In this document: one piece after another, positions 1 to 8,994 of the stretch
Numbering within the stretch: the stretch's first letter is position 1
Layout of the letters: every line of letters begins with the position of its first letter
Source of the DNA: Azolla caroliniana
Lineage: Eukaryota > Plantae > Polypodiophyta
DNA: 12,636 nucleotides
NCBI GenBank assembly: GCA_043228905.1
Contig: JBHGNT010001049.1
Location: 1-12,636 of the forward strand
Direction of reading: 5' to 3'
Translations under genes and position numbers: made by a program
The notes under the pieces: generated by a model
Database searches by the model: none
Told to the model about the DNA's origin: nothing
The model's input: only the letters and a program-made list of their open reading frames with translations

Positions 1-54
1 ATGAGAAATGCCAGGTGACTAGTAGCTAGCTGCCCTGGCAAGATAAAAGTAAAT

Positions 55-571
55 ACATATTTGACTTTGCAAATCGGAAATGCTTAGGCTCAGGTTGAGT
101 TGATTTCACCAGACTTTGGAAGTAGCTATCATACTTATCTTGAAGTTTGAATAGTGGCACTAGGACCATGTACTGCCTGCCGCTACAAGGTTGTGTAGAT
201 CTCCCAGAATTGTTTTATCAATCTATTGATGGAATTGAATAATGTGCATTGGAGGTTCAGGAACTCCTGCTACTAGCACAGAGTCGCACAAATGCATTGT
301 CTTCAGACATCTCAATGATCTTCTTTGAGAGGGGATTTTCATGTTGCTGTCCGATCGTCCTAGTTATAAAATCAACTAGGTTCATATGTTCTATCAATCA
401 AGGATGCTGTCCTTGTTCGTCATTGATTTGCGCGTGTCACGTAGCTAAAGCATGAACCTCGTGAAGACACAAGTCATCATAATCTTTGGCTTCCATACCC
501 AATAGTTGGATCCATTCAACTCTAGAGTTTTTTTGAAAAAGGGCAAAGTGGATATCTTAGGAGCTTGACAT
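55..571 (-). mobile_element. Degenerate Ty1/copia LTR-retrotransposon gag remnant (UBN2/Retrotran_gag-like)
   Basis: Minus-strand translation from 525 gives LELNGSNYWVWKPKIM, matching the copia gag N-terminal motif LNGSNYxxWK. Further downstream, after stops and frameshifts, are KKIIEMSEDNAFVRL and MVLVPLFKLQDKYDSYFQSLV...ISDLQSQI, which resemble the gag motif LxxLPxxYxxFxxSL. A possible original ATG lies at 571-569. Boundaries are approximate. Confidence 0.65.
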
Positions 572-1232
572 TGTATGTTGTATCGATAGAGATGTCTTGA
601 AGGGTTTTCTACTTTCAGAAAACAAGATGGGGCACGTAGTTGAACAGCTTTTCTGAAACCAAGAAATGTGAATTGAAGAAATGCAGCAGTTTCTTTGTTT
701 TGGTTCCATTAGGAAATGAAGAATCACACTGTAATTGTTATGTATATACATATAATGAATCATACGTACCATACATGAATTCGCATTCGAGAATGATTCA
801 ATCAAACGTGTATGGTAAATCATCTCAAAGTTGGAAAAAATATATATAGATTGGAATTTCAAAAAATGACTATGGTCTATATTATATATTGATTGAATCA
901 AATGTCAACACAATTGAAAGTTCAAAACTAACGAATTACTTAACTACTAAACATTAGAAAGCATGAACATAAAAATCAAATAATTCAAAGACATAATTGT
1001 ATTGATGATGAGCTCATCGTGCAATTATCGATGTTCTCATCTCGAAACTAGTGAAGGTATCAATTTCTTCACTTTAGAACTTTACAAAAAAATGAGTAGG
1101 AACTATAGAGATTGAATCAAAATATGTCATTATAAATTATAATCAAACGCTCAAAAACTCATAAAACATATATTGGAGAATATAAAGAAAACATGACACT
1201 AACATAAAATTTTACTATCACATGACACTAAA

Positions 1233-1243
1233 GAGAGAGAGTG

Positions 1244-1274
<31 letters not shown>
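1233..1274 (+). repeat. (GA)n plus (GAAA)7 microsatellite; probable 3' tail/insertion site of the adjacent LINE fragment
   Basis: gagagagag at 1233-1241 and (GAAA)7 at 1245-1272, read directly. Confidence 0.9.
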
Positions 1275-1276
<2 letters not shown>

Positions 1277-1961
1277 TATTAACGTCTTTTAAGAGGCCAA
1301 AATGGCCTATAAGACCGAATAAGAGATTACATCTTAAATGTTTTCTCGTCTTTGAGAACAAATCAAAATAAAGTAAATATTACACAGTAAATATAAAAGT
1401 AAATAGGATGAAAAGAAAAGAGACGAGAGAATCTGGTTTTTGGCACATGCGAGATTCTCAAGTTAGGTGTATTGTAGCTTTTGTCTCTGAAAGATCTCTA
1501 TCATAGGTCGATCCAGAATGGAAATGTCTCCGAAGCGAGGGAAGCACCTACGATGGCGGGAGATAATGGCTTTTATTTGTCGATGACAAGGGTGTCGAGG
1601 TCGTGGTCCATGGGGCCGGGGCCTACGTGCACGGCCAATTGCCATTGCCCGATCAATCGTAACCCCTTTGTTATATCCAGGTCTGGATCCCATTTCTGTA
1701 TCCTGGGGTTGACTTCTAGCATTAGGAGTGATGGAGCTAAAGAAAGTTGTGATTGTTCTTTGTGGATGAGCTTGTGTGGATGCATTCTTCAACAACTTTT
1801 CCCGATGTCTCTTGAGCTCGAGCAAGAAAAGTCCTAGGCATCTTTGGTCCTCATATTCCATTACCTTGCGTAGTGGGCCAAAGCCTTGTTTAAAGAGGCA
1901 ATGGTATCTCCCTCTGATTTCATAAAAGACACTACAATGACAAACATAGTGTTCTCCCTCT
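1245..1961 (-). mobile_element. 5'-truncated non-LTR retrotransposon (LINE): ORF2 C-terminus, 3' UTR, terminal hairpin and (CTTT)n tail
   Basis: The open frame 1960-1463 begins EGEHYVCHCSVFYEIRGRYHCLF, resembling the second half of the CCHC zinc knuckle (ExxxHxxxxCxxYxxIRxRY) at the end of LINE ORF2. A basic Arg/Pro/His-rich tail follows. After the stop come an AT-rich UTR, a hairpin at 1284-1315 (core AGGCCA-aaa-TGGCCT) and a (CTTT)7 tail. The segment is richer in GC and CpG than its flanks. Confidence 0.75.
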
Positions 1962-1973
1962 GAGAGAGAGAAA

Positions 1974-2035
1974 TTAGGATTCGAACCCAAGACATAGGCA
2001 ATAGTAGCACAACAACTTACCACTAGGGTGAGCTA
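1974..2035 (-). other. tRNA-derived sequence (SINE head or tRNA pseudogene) with Pol III A/B-box-like elements
   Basis: The minus strand reads ...CCTAGTGGTAAGTTGTTGTGCTACTATTGCCTATGTCTTGGGTTCGAATCCTAA. It has a canonical B box (GGTTCGAATCC) and a T-stem TTGGG/CCTAA at 1990-1974. The D-loop-like AGTGGTA places G18 at 2021, exactly 36 nt before T54 at 1985. It also shows a C32-T33-NNN-A37 loop and an ATGTC variable loop. The acceptor stem is absent and the anticodon stem is degenerate, so it is not a functional tRNA. Confidence 0.6.
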
Positions 2036-3145
2036 ATTTCTAATAATAAAATACGGAAAAGAAGGGAAAAAAAGGAGCACACATTTTTCCCTTTTCAAAT
2101 GTGTTCGTTTCCAAACATTTGTATGCTTGAACAAACATGTTTATTACATTCTATGTGTATATATATGTACACATATGCTTATATCACCCTCGAAATAGAG
2201 TGAAAATGTCAGAGGGGTTAACACATATTTAAAGATGAATATGGCTAATGCAAATCAAGGATAGAGAGCCCTCATACTATAACATGAATGTGGGCAATTG
2301 GTTAGGGTAAGTTTCCTTCTACGCCAACTAATTGCCTTGTCACCTTGCTATAGCAACCAACTCCTGGAGCTGTAAAGGCTCTAAAACTCAGTTATATTTA
2401 GAAACTAATTCCAAACACGCAGATATTTAAAGCTTAAATGCTTTTCAGCAATCCGTTTGGGTTCATATATATGTGAATGGTTATAATTTTTATTGTTTTA
2501 TTTGTGTGGCACTGTGAATATCCCCTACGAAATATACAAAATCTTACAGATGAATATATAAATTTCTACAATTTTTCTATGCCTTTTTGGTAGTTTTTGA
2601 TAATGTCAAATAATTTCATTCATGAAAAGAAACTTAAGTTGCTCTGTAAAGAAAACTTTCCCAAACACCGAGCATGCTGAATGTTATTTTTTGGCCCTCA
2701 GGATATCATCGTCTTGTAACAGACCTAATTTTGGGGCCATATGCAGGCTTTTGTAGATATCTGATTGCTCGGTCATTGAAAAACTAGGATTGCAATGTCT
2801 AGTTTCATTTGTAAATGTCTGGTTCTCAGTTGTCATTTTGCTGAATAGTCCAAAGGCCAATATTTTGGCACCTTTGGAAGATGACAATTATCTGCTCATA
2901 AATGCATTATGCAGTCCAGATGAAAACGTGGGTAAAAGATTTCTCTCCAAATTAGGCATCAAAATATATCATAATTGATGCTGTTATTTGTCACCTAAGT
3001 ATTTCAAGTTTGTTGAAGCTTTAAAAATAGGTTACAGATGTGAATGTTGAAAGTAACCATTCGAATCTTTCTGTAAAACGATTGTTCATTTTACACACAC
3101 ATGTGTTTAATATATGTGTTTTAAAACAAGATCTGAGCATAAGTT

Positions 3146-6100
3146 ATGGCGGATGAGGAGGTAGGAGTCCTGGAGGAATATGACTCTGAAGACAGTGAGC
3201 CAGTGGAGACTATAATCAACCGTATAGAGCTAAAGTCCCAACAAGTGGAATGGCAACTAAAATCGTAAGCTCATACTCTTTTAACCTCAACCTAATTATA
3301 TATATGACATGGTGGTTGTCCAGCTCATTCAAAAGTGATTTGTAGTCAATATGTCGGAGTCTTTTTTTGCTTGATTGTGCTGAAGTGGGTGGTAAAGGTT
3401 CTTTGGGAGCACTGATATTATTGACCATCCATTGTATGGAATGTCGTGATTGATGGCACTTGTGTTTTTTGGTGGTATGATGGAACTCAAGATAAAGTTC
3501 AGCTAATGCACTATGTTACCCAAGTATTTTTGTCTCAAAATTGACTAGGTGATCCAACGAAAGGTCGGTGTCTAGAATCTAGGTATTGTTTCAAGATGGG
3601 ATACAAAGAAAACTCTTAGATGATTTAGTATCTGGCATCATATCACTTTCCAATACAGAAACATAATTCAGTGATCTTCGCATGTTCTTCAACATGCTGG
3701 TTTGGCCACGACAGGTTATGGAAGCTTTTCAAGTTCCAGTATAGGAGTCTTCTTTGGATGGTATGCAATGGTCAAAGATGCATCACCATGACTTAGAATC
3801 CAGACTTCAAAAAGAGCACCAAGCAAGTGGAGGTCACTATGCTTCGGGGTTCATAAAAGATGATATAGATCATCTAGAATGTTGTCCTTCAAATGATGAG
3901 AACAGATGTACAAATCTTTCAAAGACAATTGTAGTCAATCTTTTTCTTGAATATTCCCATTCTTTCAAAAGCACTGCATCTTCTGTAGAGCTTTTGCGTA
4001 GATACCATACACCATTATATGCATTTGTTTTCAGGTATTAGTGTTGACGATTATGCTGCAACAGTCTGTGACCCATTCTCATAGCCCTTCATTTATGCAA
4101 TTTTAGATACAGTAGCAAGGTACAAAGTATGTAGTTTCCTTAATAGTTCAGTGGGTACAACCAAATTTGCATGACACATGAAGATCAAGAGAAGACAGCA
4201 GTAATTGTGGTGGTAATGGTGGTTGGATTAAAAACCATTTCAGCAATGTTCCAATGAATAATCATTGAGTCATATATTCCTACATTTATGCAAGACGTTT
4301 TCCTCGATTTCATTGTGTTCAGAGCGGTGGGTGAACATCTAAAGTAGTTATTGACTTAGGAAAATGCAGAGAAGCATGACTTAACTCGAACCAGACGAAA
4401 TTTACTTTCACTGTATCAAACAGAATGCTCCTGGGTGACATCATAAGCAAGGGTGGAATTGCAATGGACCCAAGAAAAGTCAAAGCAATTGTTGAAGCTC
4501 CATCTCCAATGATCCCCAAGGCATTTCCATGATTCCTTGGTCAAATATCTATTGGCACAGCAGGCTGCTGAGGTATCTAGCAGATTTGGCCACACTCTGC
4601 ACACAGTGGTGCATCAGATTGCTTCACATGGACAGAAATTGGAGAGAAGGCAAGATAGAGTTGTAGTTACTGCTGCCACAAGATCCAGCTGTATAGCCAT
4701 CTAACTAGGACAAGAAGCTCCATGTCTCTGTGGATGCTTCAGATGTGGCAATCAGAAGTGTTTTCATGCAACGTTACAATCCCAAGTGGTACCAGCCAAC
4801 ATATTATGCCAGTCAAGCTGTCAAAAGTGGAGTGAAACTACTAAACAACCGATCGGGAGGCACTCAGAATGATATATAGTTTAAATAGTTTTTGCCATTA
4901 CCTGTCGGAAGGGAAAGAAAATTTCTTTCCAAGTGGATCAAATCTGTGCCTAATTAAATAATAATTTGAAATTGGAATATTTCATATGCCAGGAGCCCTC
5001 CATTACAAAATCGACGGCTTTTCTGGGACACTATTCCTTTTGTTTACTCATAAAACCTGCTGTGAGCAACACCAGAGTCCAGTGTTAATAAACGTTTGAC
5101 TTCTAGTCTGTTCTCGTGCCAAAAACTCTGGCTTTCTCCTTAACTATGTACACCTATATCATCCTACTATAGCCAATCGATCATCAGCATAAACTATGAT
5201 GAGCTGCTCAATGTCATTGTCTTCATCTTTCAGCAGAGGTTGGCATGAACCACATATAGAGAAACCATGCTCCAAATGGGCTTACCTGTTGGGAGAACGT
5301 CCTCTTTAGCTTCGTGACCGTGTGTATTCCCCTTTGCGAAGATTAGGCTTTCTATCAATGCCCCAATTTGACTAGGAAGACTGTCTCAAGGTCATATAAC
5401 CACAGAGGATGATGTTAAGAGAAGGTTAGTAGCCCTTTTTTACACATTATTTACAGGCAAAAGGGTACCAATAATAGGGAGGGGAGTATGATGATATTTA
5501 GATGGTCTTTGAATATGGCGCAGTAATGTTATTTTCTTATGACTAAAAGGAAATGTTTAAGTGCACAAACTGAAACAATAATGAAATATTCACAATCTAG
5601 CATTCCCTATCAATATCATTTTAAAAGTCAAGTATTAGCATTATTGATTAAAATTACAAATGTACATGCATTACCATGTTTCTTTATGTCTGGTCTAATA
5701 TTAGCATTTGCTTCCAGAGGTCAGTATGCTGAGGCTTTAAAGACTGCTCTTGATGACTCTCCTACAAGAGCAAAGGATGAGACGTGCAAGGTGAGTGCTC
5801 AAAATGTTAACTACTTAAAGAAAGAAACTAGATTAAGTATTTACAAAAAAAAGAAACATATTTTGGCAGGCAGAGTAGTCATGTACATCTTTTTGGCCTG
5901 CAGTCAGCAAATTGGGTTGTGGTTCATCGAGTGCTTATGGCATCGAAAGACATTGATGATCTGCTTGCATCCTTGGAATCAGAATTCTATGACATCTTAA
6001 TGAAGTAAGAAAAAAATAAAATGAGATTTGGTTTTATGGTGGAAAGTGGAGTTCATCTAATCTTTACATGCAATAGGTACATTTATCGGGGTTTGTCGAC

Positions 6101-6212
6101 AGGAGACCGGCCAACATGTGACCAATGCTTGAGGCTCCATGAGAAGCTCACAGAGAAAGCTGGCATGGGTTGCATAATGAGAGCACTTGTAGACAAACGG
6201 AACACGGTGTAG
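3146..6212 (+). CDS. ARPC5: Actin-related protein 2/3 complex subunit 5 (p16-Arc), 142 aa; join(3146..3264,5718..5790,5904..6004,6077..6212)
   Basis: Spliced product: MADEEVGVLEEYDSEDSEPVETIINRIELKSQQVEWQLKS-GQYAEALKTALDDSPTRAKDETCK-SANWVVVHRVLMASKDIDDLLASLESEFYDILMK-YIYRGLSTGDRPTCDQCLRLHEKLTEKAGMGCIMRALVDKRNTV*. This closely matches plant ARPC5/CROOKED as I recall it (EALKTAL, CKSANW.VVHR, YRGLSTGDRPTCDQCL). All three introns are GT-AG (2453, 113 and 72 bp) with consistent phases 2/0/2; the CDS totals 429 nt. Confidence 0.95.
4030..5030 (+). mobile_element. Degenerate Ty3/gypsy pol remnant (reverse transcriptase + RNase H) within ARPC5 intron 1
   Basis: From 4061, across several frameshifts and stops: TVCDPFS*PFIYAILDTVARYKVCSFL, FSGYNQICMTHEDQEKTA, GLKTISAMFQ*, FMQDVFLDF (decayed FLDD), LLGDIISKGGIAMDPRKVKAIVEAP, HVSVDASDVAIRSVFMQ, YYAS.KLSKVE*NY*TTDREALRMIYSLNSFCHYL, IFHMPGALH. 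These are the canonical gypsy RT and RNase H motifs in the correct order. Confidence 0.9.
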
Positions 6213-7449
6213 TTTGGCACATACATATGTAGGATGATAATCAGTTTTTTATCTGTCAATGAACACCAGTAATGGCATACATCTAATGCAAGATGTACTC
6301 AACGTAATTGGCTCTTGACCAAATGCAAAAGCTCCCTTGCCATTGTACCAATCATCTAATATGTAGGCAAACAATAGGAGCTATATTTGGTGAAACAAAG
6401 GTTTTTGGAAACACTTTAAGATAAATGAATATAAAATCTAGGATTATTTTAAGAATGTACTCATTTATTACCCAAAAAGTAAGCTAAATGTTTACTGAAT
6501 GGCAACCACATTATCATGTGCATTTAGGATTTCATAAGATGTAATTTGCCCAATTATGTCCTTGGCTAAATTTAATTCTTCTTGGGTATGAGTTTACATT
6601 TATAATGTGTGGTAAGCTCAGTAGTCTACAATACAAACTGAAATTGAGCAGATATCAACATGAGTGTGGTGCTCACATTGATTGATGATGGAAGTGAGAT
6701 CTGGACCTAATACTTTAGAAGAAAAATCCTAGTAATCACTTCATGGAGTATCTACACCGAACAATTGGCAGGGAGTGGCATTTGATCTTGTGTCAATATT
6801 GCAATGTCCACAATGTCTGCAAGCAAATCTGAACAATACGTCTTTTGTCTATTCAATCGAAAGACAGTAACCTATGAACCTATGTTACATGGAAAGCTGG
6901 ACTGTGGCATGTAGTTTTATTGTTGTTACGAGGGCTGGAAACCAACCTGCATGATTTAAGAGCTTTGCATAATTTAATGTTGATTGAATTTTCCTTAAAA
7001 CAGCGTTTCTTGGAAAAACCTTTTAATAAAACTATGTAAAGAGGTTTGTAGTTCATAATTGGAGAATTTTTTACTCTTTGACAAAAAGATTTAGTGAGAG
7101 AAGAATTGCCTTGGAACTAGAATTATTGAGTGATGAGAACTTTCAATGAAACGAGAGGTCTAGAAGCAAAATCCCAGGATGTGTATTTTTAAAACATGCC
7201 AATCTTGTTGGAATGCCAAGTGTCTAACTTGCTATGTTTTTCATGAATCCATATAATACTATAAAACTGTCATTTATTTATTTTGATAAATGTGAATTTT
7301 ACTAAAAATCTCATAACACTAAAAAACAGATGACGTAATCCACTCTGAAAACAAGTATTAATATATATGTGCAAAAACCACATGATGCTATAAAAAGATA
7401 ATAAATCTAAGCATATGTCTTGACATATTCATAGATAAATATCATCTTG

Positions 7450-7900
7450 TTGCCAATGATCCAATTCTTCTATTTTTCATGTATTTTCGACCTTCTAAGC
7501 ATTCACTTCACATAAACTCTTCAAATTTGGTTTCACTTTATGTATTGATAGCCCCCGAACATTAATAAACTTGACAATTTAAGCGTTTGTTTAGAAATCT
7601 GTTTTTGATCTTATTCATCTTGGATAAACCTATTTCACATGCAAATAGTGTGTCAAAACAAGAACCAGCCCCAAAGTTTCATTACCCATGGAAAAGATTG
7701 GTCCCAACCATATCACGATACAACAATCTTTCCAAGACTTGTATAGTATTATCTCTGAAGTGTTTTCTCATCATCATAAAGAAAAAATCTCTTTCTCCAT
7801 CACGTTCTACTTGTTTAATCAATGCACATAAAGCCTTCCCAAAATGATTGCATAACACTCGTAACCACTTTCTTGTGCATGTATCTAATTTATCCAAATA
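7450..7900 (-). mobile_element. Degenerate hAT-superfamily transposase C-terminal (dimerisation domain) remnant
   Basis: The minus strand from about 7694 gives FPWVMKLW, then LVLVL, then ACEIGLSKMNKIKNRF across frameshifts. This resembles the hAT dimerisation motif (Y/F)PxLxKLxxxxLxxPxSxxxCERGFSxMNxIK. ORF 7682-7897 probably continues the same element. No TIRs were identified, and boundaries are approximate. Confidence 0.55.
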
Positions 7901-7988
7901 TTTATCATATTACTTTGGACAAAATAACTTTGGAAAACAATAAATTATTGATAATCAAATTTCTTATGTATCTTTGACATAAACAAAA

Positions 7989-8010
7989 TCTCTCTCTCTA
8001 TCTCTCTTTC

Positions 8011-8045
<35 letters not shown>
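7989..8045 (+). repeat. Compound microsatellite (TC)n-(TA)5-(TG)11
   Basis: Read directly: interrupted TC run at 7989-8012, (TA)5 at 8013-8022, (TG)11 at 8023-8044. Confidence 0.95.
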
Positions 8046-8994
8046 ACACAATTATGAAAGAATAAAATGCTCAAGAGTTAGTACATATTTATATATATAT
8101 TTTATGTAATTTATTAATTATAGTTGATGCTATTTTTTGTTTTAAACGGGCAATTTATAAAGTAGTTCATGGATGAGGAAAATATTTCCCCCCTATCCGT
8201 GTTGACAAATAAATTGTTTTCATTCATGTTAACTCTTTCAAAAAGCAATTACATGCCAGGTGGCATTTTCAAGGGCCTAAAATGGGTGGACAACTGTTAA
8301 ACCTATTATTAAGGATGGACAATATTAAGTTTAGTATATCATAGATCCATTATGAATAGGTAAAGATACTGGAAGATTGTCACAGTCAAACCCTCCATAA
8401 CCTCTGATTTCAAAATCTTTCATTGGTTGGCTAATGGTGTAATTATTTACTCTCATCCATAAGCCTACTACCCAATGAAATTCGCATGCCAATAGGTTCT
8501 GAATATGTTTTTATTTATTTTAGTAACACTTTATATTACTAGTTGAAAACATGACGTGAGGCGAACAGCCACAACAATTACCACCTTACAACAATCTCTC
8601 CACTTTTTGACAAAAGTAGATTGAAATCAATGGCCTCTAAAACCCTATCAAATTTATTGACTCAAACATAACAAATTTCATGCAAAATTGCGTATACTCA
8701 CATTCGATGATATCATTAAAAAAGGAACTCCTCAAATATGATTGGAAGATGAAAACCATAGGAAACCATACATGTCTCAGCGATATGGTTTTTTATTGAT
8801 CCATAACAGAATTTTGTGATGATTTGCTGACTGCTAACAGCAGAGAGGCACAACTGTTTTTTATAACCAGCAAGGATGACTTGAATTCTGAGGACGCATG
8901 ACGTTCAAACCTTAAACTGAATTTTTTGCGATTGATTTTAGGTCTGCTGTATTTGACAAATGACCAATATGGCAAAGGGAAAAATGGTTGTACT

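Noticed and set aside
249-901. ORFs 249-455, 557-901 and 640-849
   Set aside because: No recognisable protein motifs. They are antisense to or flank the copia relic in AT-rich DNA and are most likely chance ORFs.
1191-1231. 12-bp direct repeat ACATGACACTAA (1191 and 1220)
   Set aside because: Only two copies 29 bp apart: a local micro-duplication, not a CRISPR-like array and not a TSD of the LINE.
1463-2023. The 186-aa ORF as a host gene, and overlapping ORFs 1481-1837 and 1573-1785
   Set aside because: Its first 21 codons are tRNA-like head and linker with a non-ATG start, and the rest is LINE ORF2. The other two are alternative-frame shadows of GC-richer sequence.
1974-2035. Functional tRNA gene (apparent anticodon ACT)
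   Set aside because: There is no acceptor stem, the anticodon stem has two mismatches and two G-T pairs, the A box is degenerate, and a Ser tRNA would need a long variable arm. The parent tRNA cannot be assigned.
3468-3486. Possible decayed tRNA-Asp-type PBS for the gypsy element (TTTGGTGGTATGATGGAAC)
   Set aside because: Too many mismatches to TTTGGCGCCGTTGCCGGGGA to support.
3216-4604. ORFs 3216-3428, 3754-4041, 4319-4519 and 4416-4604
   Set aside because: All are intronic or antisense. The last two are antisense shadows of the gypsy RT. 3754-4041 may be decayed gag-pol linker but has no diagnostic motif.
5539-6212. ORFs 5539-6000 and 6021-6212 as stand-alone genes
   Set aside because: They are ARPC5 exons read through into intron sequence.
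6680-6832. Box C/D snoRNA-like motifs (TGATGA ... CTGA) downstream of ARPC5
   Set aside because: No terminal stem or recognisable rRNA-antisense element; such short motifs are common in AT-rich DNA.
8752-8792. AAACCATA repeat and hairpin with TATGGTTT downstream of the DHOase stop
   Set aside because: An 8-bp AT-rich stem is within chance expectation, and bacterial-style terminators do not apply to this locus.
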